Source: Cyanobacteriota bacterium (GTDB taxonomy: Bacteria > Cyanobacteriota > Cyanobacteriia > PCC-6307 > Cyanobiaceae). From it: 64,000 nt of DNA. The DNA is taken from positions 128,001 through 192,000 of the forward strand of contig JBJOMY010000003.1 of NCBI GenBank assembly GCA_046052125.1. The letters are read 5' to 3'. The position numbers were made by a program, and so were the translations under genes. A model generated the notes under the pieces. That model was not told the origin of the DNA. It ran no database searches and worked only from the letters and a program-made list of their open reading frames with translations. How positions within the stretch are numbered: the first letter of the stretch is position 1; every line of letters starts with the position of its first letter. This document shows positions 1-9,453 of the stretch, in pieces.

Positions 1-2
1 GC

Positions 3-155
3 ATCGGCGATGAATTCGGCGGCAAGGATCACTCCACCGTGATGTACGCCGTGGAGCAGATCGATAAGAAGCTGTCCGCTGATCCGCAACTGGGCCGCCA
101 GGTGCAGCAGGTGCGCGATCTCCTGCAGATCGATTCGCGGCGCCGCACAAAATGA
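3..155 (+). CDS. dnaA: Chromosomal replication initiator DnaA, C-terminal fragment (5' truncated by window)
   Basis: Hand translation [24 protein letters not shown]...DSRRRTK* matches the DnaA domain IV signature (IGxxFGGKDHxTV). Not in the ORF track. Confidence 0.9.
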   Translation: MGDEFGGKDHSTVMYAVEQIDKKLSADPQLGRQVQQVRDLLQIDSRRRTK

Positions 156-158
156 GCT

Positions 159-1103
159 TCAGCCGGTGATCGGTTCGCTCGGATCGAGCCCTTCCACCTG
201 GCCGGAAAACACCCGGCTGGCCGTGATGTCGTCGGCTTCGATCGTGATCAGATCGAGCTTGGTGAGGTTGCTGCTGTTCATGCGGTTGAACAGGCGATTG
301 GCTTGACGCATGCGGGCGCGATCGATCGCATTGCGGATCGAGCGGGCGTTGGCGAAGAAGGGCAGTTGCATGCGCCGCTGGATGTAGTCGGCGAAGGCGG
401 CGAGGGCTTCTTCGCTGAAGCGGTAGTTCTCCTCCGCCAGGATCAGCCGCGCGATCGCCAGCAGTTCCTCGGCGCTGTAATCGGGGAAGTCGATGTGGTT
501 GGCCACCCGCGAGGAGAGGCCTGGATTGCTCTGATAGAACACATCCATCCGCTCCTTGTAGCCAGCGAAGATCACCACCAGATCGTCGCGGTTGTTCTCC
601 ATCACCTGGAGCAGGATCTCAATCGCTTCGGCGCCGTAATCGCGTTCGTTTTCGGGGCGATAGAGGTAGTAGGCCTCATCGATGAACAGCACCCCGCCCA
701 TCGCTTTTTTGAGGATTTCGCGGGTTTTCGGTGCGGTGTGGCCGATGTACTGACCCACCAGATCGTCGCGGGTGGCGGTGACCACGTGGCCTTTGCGCAC
801 GTAGCCAAGGCGGTGCAGGATCTGCGACATCCGTGCCGCCACCGTGGTTTTGCCCGTGCCAGGCCGGCCTGTGAACGACATATGCAGGCTCGGTGCCGTG
901 GTGGCCAGGCCCACCTGCTTGCGGGCCCGGTCCACCACCAGCAGCGCCGCAATCTCGCGGATGCGGGTTTTCACCGGGCGTAGGCCGATCAGTTCCTCAT
1001 CCAGCTGCGCCAGCACCTCATGCACCTGGGCCCCCTCAAAGGCGGCTTGAAGATCCACCGGTGTGTCGTCCGGCGTTGGCGGCGCTTGCTCAGACGAGGC
1101 CAT
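159..1103 (-). CDS. cbbX: CbbX AAA+ Rubisco activase-like protein
   Basis: [14 protein letters not shown]alker A, VLFIDEAY Walker [14 protein letters not shown] pore loop, FANARSIRN; sits in the carboxysome locus. Confidence 0.93.
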   Translation of the reverse strand: MASSEQAPPTPDDTPVDLQAAFEGAQVHEVLAQLDEELIGLRPVKTRIREIAALLVVDRARKQVGLATTAPSLHMSFTGRPGTGKTTVAARMSQILHRLGYVRKGHVVTATRDDLVGQYIGHTAPKTREILKKAMGGVLFIDEAYYLYRPENERDYGAEAIEILLQVMENNRDDLVVIFAGYKERMDVFYQSNPGLSSRVANHIDFPDYSAEELLAIARLILAEENYRFSEEALAAFADYIQRRMQLPFFANARSIRNAIDRARMRQANRLFNRMNSSNLTKLDLITIEADDITASRVFSGQVEGLDPSEPITG

Positions 1104-1344
1104 CGATCGCGGCAGCGAAAGCGTGGTCAGCCTCGCTGATCGCGGTGTCTTCGCCTTCTGCCCGCAGGGTGATGTTCACGTATGTACGCCCGAAGCTGAT
1201 GTCTGGGTAGCGCCCCTCGGCCTCACAAAAATCGTTGAGCCGATCGAGAAAGGCGCGGTTGCTGGCGTAATCGCTGAATTCGATCCGGCGCTCCAGCCAC
1301 TCGATGCGATCGGGCTTGGGCCGGGGGTTCCACTGGTGATCCAT
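1090..1344 (-). CDS. Pterin-4a-carbinolamine dehydratase-like Rubisco assembly factor (acRAF/Raf2)
   Basis: 84 aa, [10 protein letters not shown]...FLDRL...[17 protein letters not shown]; typical position beside cbbX in alpha-carboxysome loci. Confidence 0.82.
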   Translation of the reverse strand: MDHQWNPRPKPDRIEWLERRIEFSDYASNRAFLDRLNDFCEAEGRYPDISFGRTYVNITLRAEGEDTAISEADHAFAAAIDGLV

Positions 1345-1354
1345 GGCTTCGAAC

Positions 1355-2497
1355 TTACGCTGCTAGGCAATCCGTGCGGGCGATGCCTAGGCGCTGGGCC
1401 CAGGCATCCGCGTAAGCGGCGTTGGCGGCCTGGGCTGCGGCATCGCTGCTGCTCAGCGGGTGGGGCATGGTGCCGTTGATGGCTGCGTTGGTCACGCAGA
1501 ACATCGACTTCTGGAAGCTCATGCAGATCTTCACGCGCACATCGCCTTCGCCGCGGGTGCGCTCGAGATACCACTGGTGCAGCTTCTCGGGCAGGTGGCG
1601 GTACATGTCCTGCATCAGCAGGCTCGGGGGAATGCCCGCCCCCATGCTCGGCAGCGCGTCGGCATAGAGCGCGCCGTAGGTGAATTGGGCCTGATCGGGG
1701 GAGATCTGCTGGGCCTGGGCGTTGAAGCTCACGGTGCCCAGGAACGGCATTCCCCGCAGGAACACCGCCTCCACGTAGGGCACGGCCACATCCACCAGGA
1801 AGGTGAGGCCCGCCTCCGGTGGCAGCACCCAGTAGCGCTCGCCATTGATCACCACCCCGTAGTTGATCGGATTGGCTGCGGCGGCCACGAGTCCGTCTTT
1901 GATGAACTCCACCACCTGGGGAATGCTGCGCACACGGCCGTCTCGCTCGGCGGCGGCCAGATCGAGGAACAGATCGCTCATCACCCGCCAGAACTGCCCA
2001 AGCGCATGGGTGGTGGCCGCCGAGCGGATCAGTTCCGGCAGGAAGCCGGGAAACAGAGGATTCAGCAGCGCCAGCAGCGGGTCGCGGCGGCGTTTGGCCG
2101 CAATGATGCGGCGGCAGTTCTCGGCGAACTCGGCTGAATCGAGGTAGGCATCCATGCCACCGGTGGCATGCCAGAACATCGCCTTCTGGCAGTACTCCGC
2201 ATATTCGAAGTTGATGCGGTCGTGGTTCAGGTGGCGCCAGATTTTGGCGGGATTGAGATCACCGTCGAGATATTTGAAGAGTGGGAACGGATTGAGAAAC
2301 TGCTCTTCCGCCTGATAGATCAGGTTGATGCTGTAGGCATCGAGCACCTCGCCATAGCTCTCCAGCACACCCACAACCTCCAGCAGGTGGTCGGGCGTGT
2401 CGATGAGCAGGGTTTCGCCGGCCAGCAGGCGGCGTTTCACTTCCTGCTGATCGATCGAGAGATTGGCCTGAACCAGATCCTGGGAAATAACAGGCAT
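1355..2497 (-). CDS. cupB: CO2 hydration protein CupB (ChpX) of NDH-1(4)
   Basis: HDRINFEYAEYC, VPYVEAVFLRG, GAGIPPSLLMQDM; 380 aa; downstream of ndhF4/ndhD4. Confidence 0.92.
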   Translation of the reverse strand: MPVISQDLVQANLSIDQQEVKRRLLAGETLLIDTPDHLLEVVGVLESYGEVLDAYSINLIYQAEEQFLNPFPLFKYLDGDLNPAKIWRHLNHDRINFEYAEYCQKAMFWHATGGMDAYLDSAEFAENCRRIIAAKRRRDPLLALLNPLFPGFLPELIRSAATTHALGQFWRVMSDLFLDLAAAERDGRVRSIPQVVEFIKDGLVAAAANPINYGVVINGERYWVLPPEAGLTFLVDVAVPYVEAVFLRGMPFLGTVSFNAQAQQISPDQAQFTYGALYADALPSMGAGIPPSLLMQDMYRHLPEKLHQWYLERTRGEGDVRVKICMSFQKSMFCVTNAAINGTMPHPLSSSDAAAQAANAAYADAWAQRLGIARTDCLAA

Positions 2498-2498
2498 C

Positions 2499-4007
2499 TC
2501 AGCTCACTCCTCCGTTGAGGGTGGCGAGGGCCGTGGTGGCCGCTTCGCTCAGATGGCCGAGGCTGCTGGGCACCAGACCGATAAACACAATGCCGGCGGC
2601 CAGTGCCAGGGCTGGGATGGTTTCTCGTGGAGCCACCGTGTTCAGCTGAACATCCAGGCGGGAGTCGGCGATTGGATCGCCGCTGGGCGGGGTGATCGCC
2701 AAGCGGCCAAAGAAGGCCCGGTTCACCAGCAGCAGGAAATACACCGCCGTCAGGCCTGAACCCACCATCGAGAGCAAGGTGGCCAGGGGGAAGGCGGCGA
2801 TGCTGCCGCGGAACACCAGGAATTCGGAGATGAACCCGGCCATGCTGGGGAGTCCCGCACTCGCCATCACGGCAACAATCATCAGCGAGCCGGTGAGTGG
2901 AAGGCCCCGTTCGGGGTTCAGCAAGCCCCGCAACACCTCCAGATCGCGCGTGCCGGTTTTGCGGTAAACGATGCCAACCAGTAGGAACAGCAGCGCTGAG
3001 ATGAGGCCGTGGCTCACCATCTGGAACACGGCTCCCAACAGGCTTACGGGGGTGTTGGCCGCGGCGGCCAGCAACACGTAGCCCATGTGGCCCACGGAGC
3101 TGTAGGCCACCATCCGCTTCATGTCGGTCTGGGCGATGGCGGCTAGGGATCCGTACAGCACAGAAATCGCGGCCCAGATCGCCAGGCCTGGAGCCAGTTT
3201 TGCCCAGGCCTCGGGGAACAGCTGCAGGCCAAACCGCAGCAGTCCGTAGGTACCCAGCTTGAGCAACACACCCGCCAGCAACACAGACACCGGCGTGGAG
3301 GCCTGGGTGTGGGTGTCAGGCAGCCAGTTGTGCAGAGGCACCAGCGGGATCTTGATGCCGAAGCCGATCAGCAGCGCTCCCAGCAGCCAGAGCTGGCCGC
3401 CCATCGCCAGCCGCTCGCTGAGCACCGGCGTGAGGCTGAAATCCACCGTGCCCGTGAGCAGCGCCAGGCCGAGGAAAGCTCCCAGGATCAGCATCCCGGA
3501 GATGGCGGTGAAGATCAGGAATTTCGTTGCTGCATAGGCCCGGTTCACACCGCCCCACACCGACACCAACAGCCAGAGCGGAATCAGCTCCAGTTCATAG
3601 AAGAGGAAGAACAGCAGCAGGTTTTCTGCCAGGAATGCACCATTCACCGCACCGCTGATCAGCAGCAGCATCGCGAAGTAGAGGCGTGGGCGCTTGCTGA
3701 TGTCGCGCGTGATCACGGCTGACACAAGGGTGAGGGCGCCGTTGATCAGCACCAGCGGCAGCGACAGACCATCCACACCCAGGGCGTAATCGAGGCCGAT
3801 ACCAGGCAGCCAGCGATGCAGCTCCTGGAGCTGCATGCCCGCTTGATCCGGGTTGAACTGCAGCGCGGTGACCACGCTCATCGCGAGCTGCAGCACCAGG
3901 ATCGCGATCGTGATCTGGCGCAGCCGGCCCGGGCTTGGGTTGCCCGGCCACAGCATCAGAGCCAGGGTTCCCAGAAAGGGAATCAGCAGGAGGGAAGAGA
4001 GCAGCAT
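2499..4007 (-). CDS. ndhD4: NDH-1 subunit D4 (constitutive CO2 uptake)
   Basis: NuoM-like motifs FYELELIP, KIPLVPLHNWLP, LLKLGTYG; operon with cupB. Confidence 0.9.
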   Translation of the reverse strand: MLLSSLLLIPFLGTLALMLWPGNPSPGRLRQITIAILVLQLAMSVVTALQFNPDQAGMQLQELHRWLPGIGLDYALGVDGLSLPLVLINGALTLVSAVITRDISKRPRLYFAMLLLISGAVNGAFLAENLLLFFLFYELELIPLWLLVSVWGGVNRAYAATKFLIFTAISGMLILGAFLGLALLTGTVDFSLTPVLSERLAMGGQLWLLGALLIGFGIKIPLVPLHNWLPDTHTQASTPVSVLLAGVLLKLGTYGLLRFGLQLFPEAWAKLAPGLAIWAAISVLYGSLAAIAQTDMKRMVAYSSVGHMGYVLLAAAANTPVSLLGAVFQMVSHGLISALLFLLVGIVYRKTGTRDLEVLRGLLNPERGLPLTGSLMIVAVMASAGLPSMAGFISEFLVFRGSIAAFPLATLLSMVGSGLTAVYFLLLVNRAFFGRLAITPPSGDPIADSRLDVQLNTVAPRETIPALALAAGIVFIGLVPSSLGHLSEAATTALATLNGGVS

Positions 4008-4012
4008 CGGCT

Positions 4013-5875
4013 TCAGCTCACACCCCGCAGCACCTGCAGCCCGCCGATGAACAGCACCACTGCCAGCACCACCGTGAGCACGTAGCTCTGCAGCTGGCCG
4101 CTCACGGTGAGCTTCAGGCCTTCTGCAGTGGCGAGCGATAGCCGGCCCAAGCCGTCCACGCTGCCCTTGATCACGGTGATGTCAAACCAGCGGGTGAAGG
4201 TGGCGAGGGAGGCCACCAGGTTCACGATCGTGCGGCGATAAATCTCAGGTGTGTAGAAGTCGTAAGCGAGCAGGTCTTGCACCACGCGCACCAACGGCTG
4301 ACGCGAGCGCGACCAGAATTCATCCAAGGGCGTTAACGCACCAAGCAGGATCCCAAGCAGGCCGCTGCCGATCACGGCTGCTGCCACCGGCAGCGAGAAG
4401 GCGCTGATGCCGGGCACCGGATCAATGCGCTGCATGATCGCTGGCAGCAGCAGCACGATCACGGTGAGGCTCACCATCGGTAGGGCCATCAGCCAGTTCA
4501 CCTCAGGGGTTCGCTTGGTTTTGGGCATGGCGGGGCCCATGAACACCGAGCGGTACACGCGGGTGACGTTCGCTGCCGCCAGCACGTTGGTGAGCAGAAA
4601 GATCACGGCAAAGGCCGGAGCCATCTGGCGGAAGTTTTCCACCAGCAAGCCGTAACACCAGAAACCCCCTAAGGGCAGCAGGCCCACCACCCCGGCACTC
4701 CCCACCAGGAACGCCGAAGCGGTGGCTGGCATCCGTGTGCCCAGGCCGCCGAGCTCGGTGAGGTCTTGGCAATTGGTGGTGGCGATGATGCTGCCCACAC
4801 TCATGAACTGCAGTGCCCGGGCCAGACCGGTGGCAAACAGCAACAGCAGGGCAAGGCCCGGCTGTTGCAGGGCAATCGCGATGAACACCAGCCCCAGATA
4901 GGAGGTGGTGGAGTAGCTGAAGGCGCGCTTGAGATCCACCTGGGCAATGGCCACCAGGCCACCGCCGAGGGCGCTGATCGTGCCCACGGCCAGCAGCACG
5001 GTGGTGGCCACCGGCGACACCGCCACCACCGGCATCAGCTTGAGCAACACAATCGCGCCGCAGGCCACCACCACCGAATTGCGCAGGATCGAGGCGGGGT
5101 TGGGACCCTCCATCGCCTCGTCCAGCCAGAGGTGCATGGGGAATTGGGCGCACTTGCCCATCGGGCCAGCGATCAGGCCAAGGCCCAGCAGGGTTCCCGC
5201 CAGAGGCGTGATCAGGTTTTGTTCCCTGGCCTGGGCTGCCCAGGCATAGAGATCGGTGAATTCCATCGAGCCCGCCCAGGCGGACACGGCCACCACGCCC
5301 ATCAGCAGCAGCACATCACCAACGCGCTTGGTGAGGAAGGCATCGCGGGCGGCGGTGACCACCAGGGGCTGGGCGTACCAGAACCCCACTAATAAATAGG
5401 TGGAGAGGGTGAGCATCTCCAGCAGGAAATAGCTCATGAACAGGTTGCTGCTGAGCACCACCCCGCTCATCGCTCCTTCAAAGAACCCCACGAGCGCGTA
5501 GAAGCGCGCCAGCGACCACTCCTTATCGAGGTAGCCGAGCGCGAACACCTGGCACACCAGGCTCATCGTGGTCACGAACTCCAGCGCCGCCAGGTTGGTG
5601 AGCGAGAGATCGAAGCCGATGCGCAGGTTGAGGTCGGCGGCCTCAAACCAGGGAAAGTCGAGGTGTTGCGGCCCCAGGTTCACCACTTCGCTGATGGCCA
5701 AGCTGCCGTGCAACACGGCCAGCAGCGTGACCAGAAGGTTCAGATAGGCGGCAGGCCTGGGACCGTTGCGTTTGATCCATCCCGTGGCCCAGGGCAACGA
5801 CAGCAGCATCCCGCTGAAGCCGTAGAGCGGCACCAGCCAGATCAGCTGCAGCGGAAGCGGGAGGGCGTCGCTCAA
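4013..5875 (-). CDS. ndhF4: NDH-1 subunit F4 (TTG start)
   Basis: GPRPAAY, ARDAFLTKRVGD, GKCAQFPMHLWLDEAMEGPNP; operon with ndhD4-cupB. Confidence 0.9.
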   Translation of the reverse strand: MSDALPLPLQLIWLVPLYGFSGMLLSLPWATGWIKRNGPRPAAYLNLLVTLLAVLHGSLAISEVVNLGPQHLDFPWFEAADLNLRIGFDLSLTNLAALEFVTTMSLVCQVFALGYLDKEWSLARFYALVGFFEGAMSGVVLSSNLFMSYFLLEMLTLSTYLLVGFWYAQPLVVTAARDAFLTKRVGDVLLLMGVVAVSAWAGSMEFTDLYAWAAQAREQNLITPLAGTLLGLGLIAGPMGKCAQFPMHLWLDEAMEGPNPASILRNSVVVACGAIVLLKLMPVVAVSPVATTVLLAVGTISALGGGLVAIAQVDLKRAFSYSTTSYLGLVFIAIALQQPGLALLLLFATGLARALQFMSVGSIIATTNCQDLTELGGLGTRMPATASAFLVGSAGVVGLLPLGGFWCYGLLVENFRQMAPAFAVIFLLTNVLAAANVTRVYRSVFMGPAMPKTKRTPEVNWLMALPMVSLTVIVLLLPAIMQRIDPVPGISAFSLPVAAAVIGSGLLGILLGALTPLDEFWSRSRQPLVRVVQDLLAYDFYTPEIYRRTIVNLVASLATFTRWFDITVIKGSVDGLGRLSLATAEGLKLTVSGQLQSYVLTVVLAVVLFIGGLQVLRGVS

Positions 5876-5911
5876 AAACCAGGAACCTGTGAGTGGCGGA
5901 CTCTAATGAGT

Positions 5912-6427
5912 TCAGAAGGTGGCTCTGGAGCGGGGATCGCGGCGGGCCGTGTTGCTGGCGCTATAGAGCGCATAACCGCGGCGACGGCGACCGCCAAGCT
6001 GCTGCAGCCAGGCCTCGAGGTCGCGTCTGTGGTGATGTTCGTCTTCCAGAAGGGACTGAAAAAACGCACCATTGGCTTCGTCGTTGATCACGGCGCAGAA
6101 GCGTGCAGCCTCGGCGTAGTGATCCACGAGCTGTTGCTCGAGGTCGGCATTCTGCTCAAGCAAGCCGAGCAGATCGGGTGCATGGGTCACCGGCTGCAGC
6201 TGGGAAGCGGCGGGTGCCACCCCCAGTTGCAGCATGTGCTGCACGATCCGCTCAGCGTGCTGCATTTCCTCCACCGTTTCCTCGCGGAACTTTGCGGCGG
6301 AGGCCTCATCTCCCCAGAGCCCCACGAGGGAGGCCTGGGTCATGTATTGCTGCACAGCGGTGAGCTCAAGGCTCAGGGCGCGGCCCAGATAGCCCAGGAC
6401 GCGCGGATGGGCGGCGTCCATGTTCAT
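5912..6427 (-). CDS. Bacterioferritin-like protein of the alpha-carboxysome locus
   Basis: ELTAVQQY, EEMQHAE, LEQQLVDHY and EDEHHH carry the ferritin-like four-helix diiron ligands; start overlaps the csoS1E stop at 6427. Confidence 0.85.
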   Translation of the reverse strand: MNMDAAHPRVLGYLGRALSLELTAVQQYMTQASLVGLWGDEASAAKFREETVEEMQHAERIVQHMLQLGVAPAASQLQPVTHAPDLLGLLEQNADLEQQLVDHYAEAARFCAVINDEANGAFFQSLLEDEHHHRRDLEAWLQQLGGRRRRGYALYSASNTARRDPRSRATF

Positions 6428-7056
6428 CAGGCGCGGCGGTTGTTGGTGCTGATCAGAACGGGCTCCACTTCGGTGTGGGGGCGGGCAATGATGTGGGCTG
6501 CCACCAGGCCATCACCCACGCGCTCGCAGGCGTCGGCGCCGGCGCGCACTGCGGCGTTCACGGCACCTGTTTCGCCACGCACCAGCACGGTCACATAGCC
6601 GCCGCCCACGAATTCACGGGCGATCAGGCTCACCTCAGCGGCCTTGGTCATCGCGTCAGCAGCCTCGATGGCAGGCACCAGACCGCGGGTTTCGATCATG
6701 CCGAGGGCGATGCCTTGAACGGAAGAGGCCATGGGGAAAAGGCTGCTGGATGAGGATGGACGGTTGTTGCCACCACCGCCGCTGGTGCCACCGCTGTTGG
6801 CCTTGCGGGCCGTGGTGGGCTGGGAGGCGCGGGTGCTGGTGCTGGGCTTGGCGCTGGCGACGGCTTTGGTCGCCACGGTCTGGGCCGTGACCGTGACAGC
6901 CGTGCTCGGTTGAGCAACGGGCTGGACCGGAGCAGCCGGCTGGGCTGCCGGTGCTGGGATAGCCGTCACCGGCGTGGTCGGGGTAGCAGCGGCTTTCGAC
7001 GCTGCCGCCTTACCGGAGGCCGAGGTGTTGGTGGCTCGGGATCTGGGAGTGGCCAT
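6427..7056 (-). CDS. csoS1E: Carboxysome shell hexamer with long N-terminal low-complexity extension (CsoS1E)
   Basis: C-terminal BMC domain nearly identical to CsoS1 ([22 protein letters not shown]) after about 110 Ala/Thr/Pro/Ser-rich residues. Confidence 0.85.
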   Translation of the reverse strand: MATPRSRATNTSASGKAAASKAAATPTTPVTAIPAPAAQPAAPVQPVAQPSTAVTVTAQTVATKAVASAKPSTSTRASQPTTARKANSGGTSGGGGNNRPSSSSSLFPMASSVQGIALGMIETRGLVPAIEAADAMTKAAEVSLIAREFVGGGYVTVLVRGETGAVNAAVRAGADACERVGDGLVAAHIIARPHTEVEPVLISTNNRRA

Positions 7057-7148
7057 GGCGGTGGTGGGCTATGCCCTGGAAGGGGTCGCGTGGAAACGGG
7101 ATGGACCCGGAGCTGGAGGAGAGGCACCGGGAGGAACGGGTTGGTTCC

Positions 7149-7400
7149 TTAGCCGTCGGGCGACCAGTGGTCGATGATTCCGCCGATCGTGAGATCGGTG
7201 AATAGGTCGGCGTTGCCGGTGGCGTGCCGTGCGGCGGAGCCGCTTGCTGTGAACACCCAGTTGCCTGGGGAGGCGCCCACGGGGTCACAGGCCACGCTGA
7301 GCTTGCCCTTGGGGGTGCGCAGGATGCGCAGGTTTTGGTGGGCGAAGCCCTCCACACGGTTGGTGCAGACCAGTGAGCCCATCACCTGCATGATTTCCAT
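7149..7400 (-). CDS. csoS4B: Carboxysome vertex pentamer CsoS4B
   Basis: MEIMQVMGSLVCT...GNWVFTASGSAAR...TDLTIGGIIDHW. Confidence 0.92.
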   Translation of the reverse strand: MEIMQVMGSLVCTNRVEGFAHQNLRILRTPKGKLSVACDPVGASPGNWVFTASGSAARHATGNADLFTDLTIGGIIDHWSPDG

Positions 7401-7714
7401 TACTTCGCGCCTCCACTGCCGCTCGGTGCGCCGGGATTGGCGGGCTTGCCGGCGGCCATCTCCTTGGCGGCATCGGGATCCCAGTGGTCAATGATCCCCA
7501 CGATCGTGAGATCGCTCGGATACGACTTGCTTCCGGCTGCTTCGCGGGCGGCCGAGCTGCCCACGCAGATCACCCAATCGCCAGGAATGGCGCCCACGGC
7601 ATCCACGGCCACCTTCTGGGTGCTGCCATCGAGCACCACCTGGAGATGCTTGTGCTGGAAGTCGGCGATGCGGTTGGTAGAAACCAGTGGTTTCAGCACT
7701 TTGCAGATCAACAT
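7400..7714 (-). CDS. csoS4A: Carboxysome vertex pentamer CsoS4A
   Basis: MLICKVLKPLVSTNRI...GDWVICVGSSAAR...SDLTIVGIIDHW. Confidence 0.92.
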   Translation of the reverse strand: MLICKVLKPLVSTNRIADFQHKHLQVVLDGSTQKVAVDAVGAIPGDWVICVGSSAAREAAGSKSYPSDLTIVGIIDHWDPDAAKEMAAGKPANPGAPSGSGGAK

Positions 7715-7715
7715 C

Positions 7716-9440
7716 TCAGTGGCCGCCTCCTGTGTTGAACGTGATTGAGGAACTTACGGTTTCGGCCGGGCAGTGCCGGTCGCGATCCCTCACGGTGAGC
7801 AGGGTGTGCAGCAGCCCCTGCTGGCAGAGGTCGCTGTAGCGGGCTTCGATCGCCGCCTTCACCCGCTCGCAATGGCTGATCGCCCGCTCCCGGGCACCGG
7901 GCACAGCGCCGTGGTAGTCGAAACGCAGCACCACCGGGATCGGCAGACCACGCGACACGTTGAGCCCCTTGAAGATCTTCACGCCCACATCGAGATCGGG
8001 CGCCCCTTCTTCCACCGTGTCCATGTAGGCGAAGTAGGTGAGGTTGCGCAGGTGCACCTCCTTGAAGCCAATGCCCACGCCAATGAAGCGCTCGGCATGG
8101 CCGAGGTCGCTGTAGCTGCCGCCGTGGTACTGGCGCACGTAGTCGATCTGGGAGAGGTTGTGCTCGATCAGGCGAGCGATCAGCTGCACCATGCCGGCAT
8201 CGGGTGCCGACGCCGCAGCGCTGTGCACCATCTCCTGGATGCGCTCGCGGCCCTGATCGGCGCCGAGGCTGCGGGTGGCCTCGTACACGGTGTGGGCATC
8301 GAGCCAGGTTTCGAGGTTGGTGCTGCCATCGCGGCCTGGCACGTGCACCCGGATCGCATCGGTGTCGGTGTCCATGCCCACTAGCAGCAGATCCACCGAG
8401 GCGCCGCAGCAGAAGCTGTTTTCCACGGCCTGCTGGAAGTCTTTGAGGCGCTGGAGGCCTTGGGCCGCCGCGGCTTCATCGTTGCTGCCGTGGGCGGCGC
8501 AACCCTCGTGGCAGGGATCCTTGGAGCTGAAGTGATACACCACCACCTTCAGGTAGCGGGTGTCGTTGTGGGCGGGATTGGGTAGGCCTTCGCGGTAGCG
8601 GCGGTGCTCGGTTTTCACCCAGCGATTCACCGTGTTCTCCACGTCGAACATCGCGCCGGCGTGGGAGCGGCGACGCACGGAGCTGAAGGGCAGCCTCAGG
8701 GCGTAGGCGATGGCATGGGCGAGACGCCCATCGGCGCAGGGGGTGACGTCGAGCAGGTGGAAGCCGCACTCGAGCAGGAAGGCGTCGAAAGCTTCGGCAT
8801 CGCTGCTGCCGGATTGGGCGGCGAGCGGATCGTCGTTGAAGAACGAGATGCTGGTTTGCTCGTAGGCCTCGAACACGCACCAGGCAAACAGGGTGCGCAT
8901 ATCGAGCTGGCTGGTCCAGGCCGTTTCGAGCACGGGCTGGGGCAGCTCATGGCCGAGCTCAGCCACAGCTAAACGCTGGGCCTGGGCGATGAAATCCGGC
9001 TCGTGCTGCAGAGCGGAGATCCGCTTCAGCACCGGCACGATGTGATCGAAGGCGCCCAGGGTGCGCTCTTCGTAAGCCCGGAGCGCCGCGTTGGCACGGC
9101 CGTTACTGAGGGGATGCAGGCCAGCAGCGAAACGACTGCCAGTGGCTTGATCGCCTGCGGGGCGGATCACCACCTGTGTGGCCACGGGGCGAACCCTGCG
9201 GCTCGTGTTTACCACGGGCTCTGCGCTTTTGGCAGGAGCTTGGCGGCTGCTGCGGGAGTTGCCGGTGCGGGCGCGGTTCGCCAGCTCGCGCTGACGCAGC
9301 ACTTTGCTGAGCGACGAGCTGGGGTTGAGCTCAGCTGGGGTTTGGCCGGCTGGAGATTGCGGCTCCCCACTGCTGCCAACGCGGCGTCGGGGAGCCGTGG
9401 GGCTCAGGGCCCGCTCGGTGTTGGCGGTTCTCCGACGCAT
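7716..9440 (-). CDS. csoSCA: Carboxysomal carbonic anhydrase CsoSCA (CsoS3)
   Basis: Zn ligands in PCADGRL and HFS...GCAAHGS; HAERFIGVG, EVHLRNLTY; disordered Arg-rich N-terminus. Confidence 0.93.
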   Translation of the reverse strand: MRRRTANTERALSPTAPRRRVGSSGEPQSPAGQTPAELNPSSSLSKVLRQRELANRARTGNSRSSRQAPAKSAEPVVNTSRRVRPVATQVVIRPAGDQATGSRFAAGLHPLSNGRANAALRAYEERTLGAFDHIVPVLKRISALQHEPDFIAQAQRLAVAELGHELPQPVLETAWTSQLDMRTLFAWCVFEAYEQTSISFFNDDPLAAQSGSSDAEAFDAFLLECGFHLLDVTPCADGRLAHAIAYALRLPFSSVRRRSHAGAMFDVENTVNRWVKTEHRRYREGLPNPAHNDTRYLKVVVYHFSSKDPCHEGCAAHGSNDEAAAAQGLQRLKDFQQAVENSFCCGASVDLLLVGMDTDTDAIRVHVPGRDGSTNLETWLDAHTVYEATRSLGADQGRERIQEMVHSAAASAPDAGMVQLIARLIEHNLSQIDYVRQYHGGSYSDLGHAERFIGVGIGFKEVHLRNLTYFAYMDTVEEGAPDLDVGVKIFKGLNVSRGLPIPVVLRFDYHGAVPGARERAISHCERVKAAIEARYSDLCQQGLLHTLLTVRDRDRHCPAETVSSSITFNTGGGH

Positions 9441-9453
9441 CTGCTGTTACCCC

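Noticed and set aside
1..158. Replication origin next to dnaA
   Set aside because: dnaA and cbbX converge with a 3-nt gap; no DnaA-box cluster or AT-rich tract on this side.
6470..6715. Near-duplicate DNA of 13940-14185
   Set aside because: Explained by paralogous BMC domains of csoS1E and csoS1.
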